Source: Burkholderiaceae bacterium (GTDB taxonomy: Bacteria; Pseudomonadota; Gammaproteobacteria; Burkholderiales; Burkholderiaceae_C). Taken from it: a stretch of 64,000 nt of DNA. This document shows positions 26,334 to 36,456 of this stretch, piece by piece (within the stretch, counting starts at the first letter, position 1; each line of letters opens with the position of its first letter). The translations under genes were made by a program, and so were the position numbers. The notes below the pieces were generated by a model. It ran no database searches. It was not told the DNA's origin and saw only the letters and a list, made by a program, of their open reading frames with translations. Location of the stretch: assembly GCA_037190565.1 (NCBI GenBank), contig JBBCJV010000017.1, positions 18,939 to 82,938 on the forward strand, written 5' to 3'.

Positions 26334-26495
26334 GGGCGCGGCGCAGGCAAGGGGGTATGGCGGACCCGTGCATTATGCGAACCCGGTGCGCCGACGGCAT
26401 CCACTTCCCGGGCATCTCAGCTATGCCGTAGCGGGTTGACGGCCAGGCTTCGGCAGCATTGCCCCATACCGACGCGGCAGCGCAAGACCGGGGCC

Positions 26496-28211
26496 CTAGG
26501 CGTCTTCCATCAATTTCGCCAGCAGCGCCCGCACCCGCAACGGATCATCGCTGTTCAACAAGCGATTCACGCGCGGCACCAGCTTCGACGTATCGGCGCG
26601 CAGGATTTCCTGCTTGACGCGCAGCAGGCTGGCCGGGTGCATCGAGAACTGCGTCAGCCCCATGCCCAGCAGCAGCCGCGTCGCGGCCCAGTCGCCGGCC
26701 ATCTCGCCGCACACGGCGACCGGCTTGCCGGCCTTGCGCGCCGCGCGGATCGTGATGGCGATCAAGTGCAGCACGGCCGGGTGAAAGGGTTCGTACAGCG
26801 CGGCCACTTCGTGATCGGCACGATCGATGGCCAGCGTGTACTGGATCAGGTCGTTGGTGCCGATCGACAGAAAATCGAGCCGGCGCACGAACAGGCCGGC
26901 GGTAAGCGCCGCCGCCGGTACCTCGATCATGCCGCCGACCGGCATGTGTTCGTCGAACTCGAGCCCGCGGCCGCGCAAGTGCGCCTTGGCCAGATCGATC
27001 AGCCGCAGCGTCTGGTCGATCTCGTGGCTGTGCGCCAGCATCGGCACCAGCAGGCGCACTTGCCCGAAGGCCGAGGCGCGCAGGATGGCGCGCAGCTGCT
27101 CCATGAACATCTCGGGCTGCGCCAGGCAATAGCGGATGGCGCGCTGGCCGAGCGCCGGGTTCGGCGAAACCGGCAGATGATCGTGGTGCAGCGCCTTGTC
27201 GGCGCCGACGTCGAGCGTGCGGATGGTGACCGGGCGGCCATCCATGCCGAGCGCGGCGGCGCGATAGGCCTCGAACTGCTCGTCTTCGTCGGGCATCTCG
27301 CGCCGGTTCATGAACAGGAACTCGGAGCGGAACAAGCCCACGCCGTCGGCGCCGGCAGCCATCGCCGGCCCGGCTTCGTCGGGCATCTCGATATTGGCGT
27401 GCAACTGCACGGCGACGCCGTCGAGCGTAACGGCGCGCACGTGGATCAGGCGCTTCAGGCGCTCGCGTTCGATCTCGCCGGCGGCCTGGCGATGCCGGTA
27501 TTCAGTGAGAACCGTCTCGTCGGGCGCAACGATGACCAGGCCGGCTTCGCCGTCGAGAATGAGCCAGTCGTCGTCCTGGATCAGATGGTTGGCCATGCCC
27601 AGCCCGACCACCGCCGGCACGTTCATGCTGCGCGCCAGGATGGCCGTGTGCGAGGTGGTGCCGCCCAGGTCGATGCCGAAGCCGATCGCCGAGCGCAGCG
27701 ACAGCATGTCGGCCGGCGCGATGTCTTCAGCCACGAAGATGGCCGGCTCGGACACGGTGGCGGCAGCCGAGCGCGAGCCCGACAGCACGCGGATGACGCG
27801 GTCGGCGACCTGCTGCACGTCACGGCCGCGTTCGCGCAGATACTGGTCTTCGAACTCGGCGAATTGCGCCGCCAGATGGCCGGCCTGCGAAGCCACCGCC
27901 CATTCGGCGTTCCACAGATGCTCGCGTACCACGTCGCGCGCGGCCTGCGCCAGCGCCGGATCGTCGAGGATCATCACGTGCACGTCGAGCAGCGCGCGCG
28001 CTTCGGCCGGGCCGTCGGCCGGCAGATGCTCGGCCAGTGCGTTCAGCTCGGTTCTGACCACTTCGAGCGCGGTTTCGAGCCGCGCCAGCTCGCGCTCCAG
28101 TTCATCAGGCTGCAGCCTGTGGCGCAGCACGTCGCGATGGCGTGATTCGAGCACGCGCGCGCGGCCGATCACGATGCCGCCGCCGATGCCGGTGCCGTGC
28201 AGACTGAACAT
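26496..28211 (-). CDS. ptsI: Phosphoenolpyruvate-protein phosphotransferase (PTS enzyme I)
   Basis: 571 aa. Active-site region GGTTSHTAILARSMNVPAVVG and a PEP-utilizing C-terminal TIM barrel (FLSIGTNDLIQYTLA). Confidence 0.9.
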   Translation of the reverse strand: MFSLHGTGIGGGIVIGRARVLESRHRDVLRHRLQPDELERELARLETALEVVRTELNALAEHLPADGPAEARALLDVHVMILDDPALAQAARDVVREHLWNAEWAVASQAGHLAAQFAEFEDQYLRERGRDVQQVADRVIRVLSGSRSAAATVSEPAIFVAEDIAPADMLSLRSAIGFGIDLGGTTSHTAILARSMNVPAVVGLGMANHLIQDDDWLILDGEAGLVIVAPDETVLTEYRHRQAAGEIERERLKRLIHVRAVTLDGVAVQLHANIEMPDEAGPAMAAGADGVGLFRSEFLFMNRREMPDEDEQFEAYRAAALGMDGRPVTIRTLDVGADKALHHDHLPVSPNPALGQRAIRYCLAQPEMFMEQLRAILRASAFGQVRLLVPMLAHSHEIDQTLRLIDLAKAHLRGRGLEFDEHMPVGGMIEVPAAALTAGLFVRRLDFLSIGTNDLIQYTLAIDRADHEVAALYEPFHPAVLHLIAITIRAARKAGKPVAVCGEMAGDWAATRLLLGMGLTQFSMHPASLLRVKQEILRADTSKLVPRVNRLLNSDDPLRVRALLAKLMEDA

Positions 28212-28228
28212 GATGAAGGTATCCCCGT

Positions 28229-28495
28229 TTATTCCTCGCCGAAGCCTTCGTCGACCAGCTTGACCAGCGCATCGACCGCTTCGTTTTCGTCGCCGCCCTC
28301 GGCCTCGATCAACAAGGTGCTGCCCTTGGCCGCCGCCAGCATCATCACTCCCATGATGCTCTTGCCATTGACGCGGCGACCGTTCTTGGTGAGCCAGACC
28401 TCGGATTTGAACTTGGAGGCGGTGGCGGTCAGTTTTGCCGATGGCCGGGCATGCAGACCCAGCTTGTTCACGATGACCGCTTCAGCTTGCCGCAT
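28229..28495 (-). CDS. ptsH: Phosphocarrier protein HPr
   Basis: 88 aa, with the VNKLGLHARPSAKL His-15 motif and GKSIMGVMML. Confidence 0.9.
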   Translation of the reverse strand: MRQAEAVIVNKLGLHARPSAKLTATASKFKSEVWLTKNGRRVNGKSIMGVMMLAAAKGSTLLIEAEGGDENEAVDALVKLVDEGFGEE

Positions 28496-28964
28496 CGTCG
28501 GGGGATCCTTGCGAAGGTGTCGTCGAACCGGGGTTCGGGGAAGGAGATGCCGCGGGCGCCGGAGCCGGCACCGGCGGCTCGGGCAGCGCCGGCTTGATCG
28601 CTTCCCTGCCGGCCTCGATCAGCAGATCGAACAACTCTTCGACCGGCATGCGCCGATGCGAGATCGCTTTCAGCAGCAGCGGCAGATTGACGCCGGCCAG
28701 CACGCAGACGCGATGCGGTTCGGCCAGCCGCATCGCGATGCGCGATGGCGTGGCCCCGTACAGGTCGGTGAGCACGACGACGCCGCTGCCGTCGTTGATG
28801 CGCGCCAGCAGCTCGCGTGCCGCATGGCAGGCGAATTCGGGATCTTCGTCGGGAATCACGTCGAGCGCCGCCACCTGAGGCGGCAGGCGCCCGAAGATGT
28901 GGCGCAGGCAGTGCACGAGCGCTGTGCCCAGCGGCTCGTGCGAAACGACCATGATGCCGATCAT
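28482..28964 (-). CDS. PTS EIIA component, mannose/fructose family (regulatory PTS)
   Basis: MIGIMVVSHEPLG (phospho-His near the N-terminus), ...VVVLTDLYGATPSR. A Pro/Ala-rich tail. The start ATG (28964) overlaps the gshB stop. The longer 255-aa ORF extension is not protein-like. Confidence 0.8.
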   Translation of the reverse strand: MIGIMVVSHEPLGTALVHCLRHIFGRLPPQVAALDVIPDEDPEFACHAARELLARINDGSGVVVLTDLYGATPSRIAMRLAEPHRVCVLAGVNLPLLLKAISHRRMPVEELFDLLIEAGREAIKPALPEPPVPAPAPAASPSPNPGSTTPSQGSPDDAAS

Positions 28965-29917
28965 CTGCTTTGCACCGCCGCCTCCAGCGCGTCGATGAAC
29001 AGCCGCGCCACGTCGTAGCCGGTCTGCTGGCGGATTTCCTGGAAGCAGGTGGGACTGGTGACGTTGATCTCGGTGATGTAGTCGCCGATCAGATCGAGCC
29101 CGACCAGCAGCAGGCCGCGCGCGGCCAGCACCGGCGCCAGCGCCTCGCCGACCTCGCGATCGCGCGCCGTCAGTTCGCGCGCCACGCCGCGTCCGCCGGC
29201 AGCCAGATTGCCGCGGAACTCGCCTGCCTTGGGAATGCGCGCCAGGCAATACGGCACCACCTTGCCGCCGATCAGCAGCACGCGTTTGTCGCCGTCGCGG
29301 ATCTCGGGCAGGTAGCGCTGCGCCATCACCGAGCGACCGCCGAATTCGTTCAGCGTTTCGATGATCACCGACAGGTTCGGATCGTCGCGCTTGGCGCGAA
29401 ACACCGAGGTGCCGCCCATCACGTTGAGCAGCTTGAACACGGCTTCGTCGTGTTCTTCAACGAAGGCGCGCAAATCATCGGCCGAACGCGTGACGATGGT
29501 GGGCGCCACGAACTGCATGAACTCGGCGATCGACAGCTTCTCGTTGTGATCGCGCACCGCGCGCGGATCGTTGAACACCTTGGCGCCCTGGCGCACCGCG
29601 TTTTCGAGCAGATAGGTGGAGTAGACGTACTCCATGTCGAATGGCGGATCTTTGCGCATCAGCACCGCGCCGAAGGCCTCGAGCGGCTCGCGCGCGGGCT
29701 GGCCCAGTTCATACCAGTCATCGCTGCTGCCGGTGGTGTCGGTCAGCCGCAGCGCACGCGCGGTGGCCAGCGTGCGGTCGCCGATCAGCGCCAGCTCGTG
29801 CTGCTCGCAGACGAACAGCTCGTGGCCGCGCGCGGCGGCCTCGACCATCATCGCGTAGGTGGAATCCTTGTAGGTCTTGATCAGCGGCAGCGGATCGAGA
29901 ATCACCAGCAGACGCAT
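28961..29917 (-). CDS. gshB: Glutathione synthetase
   Basis: 318 aa. MRLLVILDPLPLIKTYKDSTYAMMVEAAARGHELF and an ATP-grasp C-terminal half, typical of prokaryotic GshB. Confidence 0.9.
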   Translation of the reverse strand: MRLLVILDPLPLIKTYKDSTYAMMVEAAARGHELFVCEQHELALIGDRTLATARALRLTDTTGSSDDWYELGQPAREPLEAFGAVLMRKDPPFDMEYVYSTYLLENAVRQGAKVFNDPRAVRDHNEKLSIAEFMQFVAPTIVTRSADDLRAFVEEHDEAVFKLLNVMGGTSVFRAKRDDPNLSVIIETLNEFGGRSVMAQRYLPEIRDGDKRVLLIGGKVVPYCLARIPKAGEFRGNLAAGGRGVARELTARDREVGEALAPVLAARGLLLVGLDLIGDYITEINVTSPTCFQEIRQQTGYDVARLFIDALEAAVQSR

Positions 29918-29956
29918 TGCGCAATGCTCCGTTTCGGTTCAGGGCACCGGCCGCGT

Positions 29957-31249
29957 TCAGCCGTAGCGCGACTGATCGGGGTCGGTTTGTTCGAGTTCGA
30001 TCGCCGCGGCCAGCGCCGCCAGCCGCGCCACCACGCCATAGACGTAGAAGCGGTTGGGCGGATGTTCGACCGACACGCTGCGATCCGGCAGGTTGCAGCT
30101 CGACGCGAACGGCAGCGGCACGAAATGCATGCCGGGGGCGTTCAGGTTCTCGTCGCGTGCGCGCTCGGCGTGCACGCGATAGAAGCCGCCGACCACGTAG
30201 CGGTCGATCATGTAGACCACCGGCTCGGCCGCGCCGCCTTCCACCGTCTCGATCGTATGCACGCCTTCTTGCAGCAGCACGTCGTGCACTTGCAGGCCTT
30301 CCTTGACCACGGCCATCTTGTTGCGCTGCTTGCGATTGAGGTTGCGCACCTCGGATGCATCGCGCACCGACATCACGCCCATGCCGTAGGTGCCGGCATC
30401 GGCCTTGACGATGACGAACGGCGTGTCGGTGATGCCGTATTCCTTGTACTTGGCGCGGATCTGCTTGAGCAGCGAATCGACGTTGCTGGCCAGACAGTCT
30501 TCGCCGGTGCGCTCCTGGAAATCGATCTGGCTGCAACGCGCGAAATACGGGTTGATCAGCCACGGATCGATGTCGAGCTGCTTGGCGAAACGCTTGGCCA
30601 CGTCGGCATAGGCGGCGAAGTGCAGCGACTTGCGGCGCACCGCCCAGCCGGCGTGCAGCGGCGGCAGCAGCACCTGCTCGTGCAGATCCTTCAGCACCTC
30701 GGGAATGCCGGACGACAGGTCATTGTTCAGCAGGATCGAACACGGATCGAAATCGTGCACGCCGACGCGGCGGCCGCGCCGCAGCAGCGGCTCGACGATG
30801 ATTTCCTGCCCATCGGGCAGCGGGATCGGCGTGGCGCTGCTGATCTCGGGATTGAGCGTTCCGAAGCGCACGTTCAGGCCGGTCTGGCGCAGGATGGTGG
30901 CCAGCCGCAGCACGTTCTGCAGGTAATAGGTGTTGCGCGTGTGATTCTCGGGAATCAGCAGCAGGTTGCGCGCGTCGGGGCAATACTTCTCGATCGCCGC
31001 CATGGCGGCCTGCACCGCCAGCGGCAGCATTTCGGCCGACAGGTTGTTGAAACCGCCCGGAAACAGGTTGGTATCGACCGGCGCCAGCTTGAAGCCGGCA
31101 TTGCGCAGATCAACCGACGCATAGAACGGCGGCGTGTGATCCTGCCATTCGAGCCGGAACCAGCGTTCGATCTGGGCCGTAGCGTCGATGATGTGGCGTT
31201 CGAAGTCCTGCAAAGGGGCGGACATCGCGGTAACGAGATGTGGAACCAT
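29957..31249 (-). CDS. gshA: Glutamate-cysteine ligase (betaproteobacterial ~430-aa type)
   Basis: 430 aa, ...FYASVDLRNAGFKLAPVDTNLFPGGFNNL... Adjacent to and co-oriented with gshB. Confidence 0.85.
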   Translation of the reverse strand: MVPHLVTAMSAPLQDFERHIIDATAQIERWFRLEWQDHTPPFYASVDLRNAGFKLAPVDTNLFPGGFNNLSAEMLPLAVQAAMAAIEKYCPDARNLLLIPENHTRNTYYLQNVLRLATILRQTGLNVRFGTLNPEISSATPIPLPDGQEIIVEPLLRRGRRVGVHDFDPCSILLNNDLSSGIPEVLKDLHEQVLLPPLHAGWAVRRKSLHFAAYADVAKRFAKQLDIDPWLINPYFARCSQIDFQERTGEDCLASNVDSLLKQIRAKYKEYGITDTPFVIVKADAGTYGMGVMSVRDASEVRNLNRKQRNKMAVVKEGLQVHDVLLQEGVHTIETVEGGAAEPVVYMIDRYVVGGFYRVHAERARDENLNAPGMHFVPLPFASSCNLPDRSVSVEHPPNRFYVYGVVARLAALAAAIELEQTDPDQSRYG

Positions 31250-31401
31250 GGGATCGCCAGCGAGGGAATTGGCGGATTGTAGCGCCGTCGCCGAGGGCGA
31301 TCTTTGCGTAGGGTCGAACCCCGGCCGCGGGCCGCGACGGCGCCCGGGGGCAAGCCGAGACCCGGCCCACCCCTCGGGAAAACACTAACCCGACCGTTCG
31401 A

Positions 31402-34173
31402 TCAGCGTCCGTTGAACGGCGCCGGCTGGCCATCAGGCAGGCCCAGCGCCGTGCCGCCGGCCAGCGCCGCCGTCGCCGTGGCCGCGGTCGCACCCGTGGC
31501 CGCCCTCGGCAGCGCAGCGGCGACGCGCTCGGGCAGCTTGGCGATCGCCGTGCAGGCCAGCGCCGCCAGGTACGGCAGCGACTGCAATGCCAGGATCGTC
31601 ATCCACATCGCCGATTCGATATGGCCGGGCTGGCGCGTGACCGCCATGCCGAGCACGCAGACCCACAAGCCGGCCAGCAGCAGGATTTCCTCGCGCACGG
31701 CGCCATAGCCGTCGCTGGCCGCGCCGCTGCCGGCGGCCGGCTTGCTGCCCTTCTTGGTGATCTCGAAGACGGCACGCCGGAACGCCAGGCCGCTGAACAC
31801 GCCACGCGCGATCGCGTGCGACAGGCCCATGCCGGCCAGCGCCGAGCCGGCGATGTCCAGCGGCGTGCAGCCGACGCGGCGCCAGTACAACAGCGGCCCG
31901 AACAGCGCCTTTGCCGCGAAGAAGACGAACAGCGGCACCATGAACAAGGTGATCGGCAGACTGAAATACTGCGGCGCCGCGAGTATGCCGACCGTCCACG
32001 CCATCGCGGCGATCGCAAACACCAGATGCAGCGCATCACCCAGCCACGACAGCCAGCCGGTGAGGAAGTGGAAGCGCTGGCCGGCGCTGAGCCCCGCGCC
32101 GCGCACCAGCGTCTGCCAGTGGCCCTTCAGGATCTGCATCGCGCCCTGCGCCCAGCGGCGGCGCTGCTTGCGGAATGCGGCAAAATCGTCGGGGGGCAGC
32201 CCACGGCCCATGACGCGATCGACGTAGACGGTGGAGAACCCGGCGTCCATCAGGCGCAGACCCAGTTCGGCGTCTTCGCAGATCGTCCATTCGGCCCACT
32301 GGCCGTGCTCGCGCAGCGCCTGCGCGCGAATCAGCGTCATCGTGCCGTGCTGGATGATCGCATCGCGCTCGTTGCGATGGTGCATGCCGATGCGGAAGAA
32401 ACCGTCGTACTCGAAGTTCATCATCCGGCGAAACGGCTGCCGCGCCCAGTCGCGATGCGCCTGCGGCGCTTGCACCACGGCCACCTTGGCGTCATCGAAG
32501 TGGCCGACCAAGGCCCTCAGCCAATCGCGCCTGACCACGTAGTCGGCATCGACCACGCCGACGATCTCGGCCGCCGGATCGGTCTGCTGCAGGCCAAAGT
32601 TCAAAGCACCGGCCTTGAAGCCGGGCCAGCTCGGCAGATGGAAGAACCTGAAGTTCTCGCCCAGCCGCGCCACGTGCTGCTCGACCGGCCGCCACAGCGC
32701 TTCGTCCTTGGTATTGTTGTCGATGATCAGTACTTCGTAGTTGTCGTAGTCGAGCGCGCGCAGGCTGTCGATGGTGGCGATGACCATCTCGGGCGGCTCG
32801 TTGCAGCAGGCCAGATGGATCGACACGCGCGGCTGGTGGGCGTCCGCCGCCAGCGGCTTGGGCCCGAAGACGCGGCGCAGGTTGCCGGACCAGAACATCT
32901 CGACGAACTCGAAGCCGTTGGCCAGCACGATGGCGATCATCGCCAGCAGCGACGGCAGCAACACGATCAGTGCCAGCCAATCGGTTGGGCTCAGGTAGTA
33001 ATCGAAAGGCAGCGCCACCAGCCACACCAGCAGCGATGCGCTGGCCTGGATCAGCGCCGCGAACATCAGCCGGCTGGCCAGCCGCAAGTGCGAGAAGGCC
33101 GCGCAGAACCACAGGATCGGCAGCAGGGCCAGCAGCGAGGCTGCCAAGGCCTTGCCGCTCCAGTGCGGGTCGGACAGCACCGGCCCTTGCATCGCGAATT
33201 TCGGCGTACGATCGGCGTGCATCACGCCCCAATAGGCGCCGGCGCGGCCTTCATTGGCCACTTTCCACGGCTGGTCGATCGCTTCCATCAGGAAGTAATC
33301 GAGCTTGCGCGCATTGGCCAGCGCGACGAACTCGCGCACGAAACGCGCCTGCTGATCGGGCGTGGCATAGGCGCCGTCCCGGCGGTCGCCCTGGCTGGGC
33401 CAGCCGATCTCGCCGATCAGGATCTTCTTGCCCGGAAAGCGCCGCTGCAACTGATCGAGGCGATCCATCGCATAGCTGAGCGCTTCCTGCGCCGGCACGC
33501 CCTCCCAGTAGGGCAGCAAGTGCACGGTGATGAAATCGACGTGGCGTACCAGCTCGGGGTTGCGCATCCAGATGTGCCAGGGTTCGGCGGTGGACACCGG
33601 TACGTCGAGCGTGCGGCGCAGCTCGTTCAGATAGCCGATCAGCTCGCTCAAATCGAGATCGCCGCGCAGCATCGATTCGTTGCCGGCGATGACGCGGTCG
33701 ATGCTGTGCTCCTTGTCGACCGCTTCCTTGATGGCTTCGATCTCGCGGCGGTTGTTCAGCGAGCGGCGATCGAACCAGACGCCGGCGGTCAGCCGCAAGC
33801 CGTGCTGGCCGGCCAGCGCCGGCAGTTCGGGAAATTCGCTGGCGCTGTACGTACGGATGCGCTGCGTGTGCCGTGCGAGGGTCGCCATGTCGGCGTCGAT
33901 CTCGCGCGCCGATGGATACTTGCGCTTGATCGGATCATCCCAGCGTTGGAACACGTTGTAGGCCATGCCGACGACTTTGTCGTCGACGTCGGGCGCTTCG
34001 ATCGGCGGATGCAGCATCTGCCAGACGAACAGGTTGGCCAGCACGACCAGCGCGGCTATCGCAGCGGCCTTGATGCGCGCCGGCATCGGCAGCGCGCCGA
34101 CGTGATCACGAAGCGTGGAGTGCAGTCGCCAAGCCGACCCGCGGCCCGAACTGCCGCCGCTCATGTATGACAT
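31402..34173 (-). CDS. ndvB: Bifunctional GH17 glucanosyltransferase / family-2 processive glycosyltransferase, NdvB-like (cyclic) beta-1,3-glucan synthase
   Basis: 923 aa. The N-terminal GH17 domain has IAGNESML (acid/base Glu) and IGEIGWPS (nucleophile Glu). Several TM helices follow. The GT2 domain has CCNEPP, IIDNNT, DADY, TICEDAELG and the processive QRRRWAQG (QxxRW) motif. A multi-TM C-terminus completes the protein. Confidence 0.8.
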   Translation of the reverse strand: MSYMSGGSSGRGSAWRLHSTLRDHVGALPMPARIKAAAIAALVVLANLFVWQMLHPPIEAPDVDDKVVGMAYNVFQRWDDPIKRKYPSAREIDADMATLARHTQRIRTYSASEFPELPALAGQHGLRLTAGVWFDRRSLNNRREIEAIKEAVDKEHSIDRVIAGNESMLRGDLDLSELIGYLNELRRTLDVPVSTAEPWHIWMRNPELVRHVDFITVHLLPYWEGVPAQEALSYAMDRLDQLQRRFPGKKILIGEIGWPSQGDRRDGAYATPDQQARFVREFVALANARKLDYFLMEAIDQPWKVANEGRAGAYWGVMHADRTPKFAMQGPVLSDPHWSGKALAASLLALLPILWFCAAFSHLRLASRLMFAALIQASASLLVWLVALPFDYYLSPTDWLALIVLLPSLLAMIAIVLANGFEFVEMFWSGNLRRVFGPKPLAADAHQPRVSIHLACCNEPPEMVIATIDSLRALDYDNYEVLIIDNNTKDEALWRPVEQHVARLGENFRFFHLPSWPGFKAGALNFGLQQTDPAAEIVGVVDADYVVRRDWLRALVGHFDDAKVAVVQAPQAHRDWARQPFRRMMNFEYDGFFRIGMHHRNERDAIIQHGTMTLIRAQALREHGQWAEWTICEDAELGLRLMDAGFSTVYVDRVMGRGLPPDDFAAFRKQRRRWAQGAMQILKGHWQTLVRGAGLSAGQRFHFLTGWLSWLGDALHLVFAIAAMAWTVGILAAPQYFSLPITLFMVPLFVFFAAKALFGPLLYWRRVGCTPLDIAGSALAGMGLSHAIARGVFSGLAFRRAVFEITKKGSKPAAGSGAASDGYGAVREEILLLAGLWVCVLGMAVTRQPGHIESAMWMTILALQSLPYLAALACTAIAKLPERVAAALPRAATGATAATATAALAGGTALGLPDGQPAPFNGR

Positions 34174-34354
34174 CGATGAAAACCTCTTGAGACGAACGCT
34201 GTACCGACCTTAAGGCCAAAAGTGATGCAAGCTTCGAACGAGCTCGCAAACTGAATCAAACGAATCGGCGTCGCGTGGGTTGGCGCCGCAGGGCCGGAAC
34301 GCCGGCAGCCGCGCAGGCTGGGTTCCGGCGTCGGCCCATCTCTAAGCAATCGAT

Positions 34355-36049
34355 ATGCCCGTTGCCCTGCGCACCCTGATCTGGTCATCACTGTTCTTGC
34401 TCGCTGCGCTTGGCTGGTGGTGCTTGCAGGGCTGGCCGCGCGAGGTGCCCGAAGCAGGCGTCGAGCGCGTCGCATGCGTGTCGTACGCGCCGTTCCGCCT
34501 GCCGGGTGAGTCGCCGTTCGACGCCACGTTTCGCGTCGCGCGCGAGCGTATCGTCGACGATCTGCGTCTGCTGGCGCCGCGCACCCGCTGCGTGCGCACC
34601 TATTCGATCGACCAGGGGCTCGATCAGGTGCCCGGCGCGGCACGCGAACTCGGCATGCAGGTGCTGCTGGGCGTGTGGATCGGCCGCGACCGCGACAAGA
34701 ACCGCGTCGAGCTGGAACGCGCACTGTCGCTGGCCAATGCGCATGCCGACGTGGTGCGCGGGCTGATCATTGGCAACGAAGTGATGCTGCGGCGCGAATT
34801 GCCCGAGCGCGAATTGCTGGCCTTGCTGCAACAGGCGCAGGCCGCCACCGCGGTGCCGGTCACTTATGCCGACGTGTGGGAGTTCTGGCTGCGGCATCCG
34901 CAGCTGGCCGCTGCGGTCGATTTCCTGACCATCCACATCCTTCCCTACTGGGAAGACGAGCCGGTCGGCGTGGCCGCCGCGGTCGAGCACGTGCGCGACG
35001 TCTATCGCACGATGCAGCAGCATTTCGCCGGCCGCACGATCCTGATCGGCGAGACCGGCTGGCCGCGCGCCGGCCGCGCGCGCCAGCAGGCGCAGCCGGG
35101 CCGCGTCGAGCAGGCGCGTTTCGTGCGCAGCTTCGTCGCCGCGGCGCAGACCGAAGGCTTGCCCTACAACCTGATCGAGGCCTTCGATCAACCGTGGAAG
35201 CGCAGGCTGGAAGGCGCGATGGGCGGCTACTGGGGCTTGCTCGACAGCGCGGGCGAGGCGGCCTTTCCATGGCACGGACCGGTGACTGCAGATGAGCATT
35301 GGCGCGGCGGGCTGGCCGCCGGCGGGGCAGGCCTGCTGCTGGCCGGCACGATCGCGTGGGCACGACGGCAGCGCGGCATCGCATGGCTGGCGCAGACGCT
35401 GGCCGGCGCGGCGATCGGCGCGGTGCTGTTCGCTCAGTGGCGTTATGCGCTGAGCTGGCATCGCGATGCGCTGGAACTGGCGATCGGCGCCGGCGGCGCG
35501 ATGCTGGGCGCGGTATTCGGCTGGCTGGCAGTGGCGCGTGGCAGCTCGGCGCGGGGGCTGAGCATCGCCGGACCATTGCCGGGTATATATCGGCTGCTGA
35601 GCCTGCGCGCCGACGCTGCCGATGCCGATGCCGCGCATACCTCGACAGCGCCGCACGATGCCGCGTTGTCGCTGCTGCGCGCGCTGTTTCTGCTCGGCGC
35701 CGCCGCGACGATGCTGCTGCTGGTCTTCGATGCGCGCTATCGCGGTTTTCCGTGGCCGCTGTTCGCCCTGCCTGCCGGCGCGCTGCTGCTGCTGGCCGCA
35801 GCCGGTGAGCGCCTGCCGAACGATGCTCGCGAAGAACGCTTGCTGGCCTGGATCGTGGTGCTTGCCGCGCCGCTGGTCATCGCCTTCGAGCGGCCGACCA
35901 ACACCGAAGCGCTGGCCTTCGTGGGACTGCTGCTGGTGCTGGTGGTGGCGGGCTTCGGTTTTCCTCATCGATCGATGTATCGCGCTCCCGAACGCACCAG
36001 CACCATCGCGCCGAGCAGCGCGCCCAGCACCGACGGTTCGAACGAATAA
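34355..36049 (+). CDS. Membrane-anchored GH17-family beta-glucan transglycosylase (NdvC-like)
   Basis: 564 aa. N-terminal TM helix. GH17 domain with IIGNEVML and IGETGWPR. The C-terminal half has about 6 TM helices. Divergent from the NdvB-like gene. Confidence 0.75.
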   Translation: MPVALRTLIWSSLFLLAALGWWCLQGWPREVPEAGVERVACVSYAPFRLPGESPFDATFRVARERIVDDLRLLAPRTRCVRTYSIDQGLDQVPGAARELGMQVLLGVWIGRDRDKNRVELERALSLANAHADVVRGLIIGNEVMLRRELPERELLALLQQAQAATAVPVTYADVWEFWLRHPQLAAAVDFLTIHILPYWEDEPVGVAAAVEHVRDVYRTMQQHFAGRTILIGETGWPRAGRARQQAQPGRVEQARFVRSFVAAAQTEGLPYNLIEAFDQPWKRRLEGAMGGYWGLLDSAGEAAFPWHGPVTADEHWRGGLAAGGAGLLLAGTIAWARRQRGIAWLAQTLAGAAIGAVLFAQWRYALSWHRDALELAIGAGGAMLGAVFGWLAVARGSSARGLSIAGPLPGIYRLLSLRADAADADAAHTSTAPHDAALSLLRALFLLGAAATMLLLVFDARYRGFPWPLFALPAGALLLLAAAGERLPNDAREERLLAWIVVLAAPLVIAFERPTNTEALAFVGLLLVLVVAGFGFPHRSMYRAPERTSTIAPSSAPSTDGSNE

Positions 36050-36357
36050 AGCACCAGCCCGGCGCTGCCGAGCACCAGCGCCGCCTGCGCCCAGCGTGCG
36101 TCGCGGCGCCAGGTGGCATAAGCACCGGCGGCCAGCGCCGCCCAGCCGATGCCTTGGGTGGCAAACGACAGGACCAGCGCCGAGCGCGCCGCGCACCAGC
36201 CGCTCCATGGTGCGGGATCGCAGGCATGCGCGATCGCCGCAGGCTCGACGGCCAGGTGGCGCAGCAGCTCGGCAACGATGAGCGCGGCCAAGGCCGGCCA
36301 GCCGGCGCGGGCGAGGCCGCGCAGCATGGCAGGCAGTGGCAGGGCAGCAGCGGTCAT
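35965..36357 (-). CDS. Small hydrophobic membrane protein (hypothetical)
   Basis: About 130 aa from MTAAALPLPAMLRGL..., with 3-4 predicted TM helices. It overlaps the 3' end of the convergent GH17 gene by 85 nt. Coding status is uncertain. Confidence 0.35.
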   Translation of the reverse strand: MTAAALPLPAMLRGLARAGWPALAALIVAELLRHLAVEPAAIAHACDPAPWSGWCAARSALVLSFATQGIGWAALAAGAYATWRRDARWAQAALVLGSAGLVLYSFEPSVLGALLGAMVLVRSGARYIDR

Positions 36358-36456
36358 CCGAGGTGAATGGATCGATGAGGCCGCGATTGTAGGCAATGTG
36401 AAGGCAAGGGCACGGCCAGAAGCCTGGCAACGCGGCATGGTTTGATTTGCATCGCC

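Noticed and set aside
34174-34354. Imperfect inverted repeats (CCGGAACGCCGG / CCGGCGTCGG) in the ndvB/ndvC divergent spacer.
   Set aside because: The arms are imperfect and GC-rich, as expected by chance at this composition. There is no clear operator architecture.
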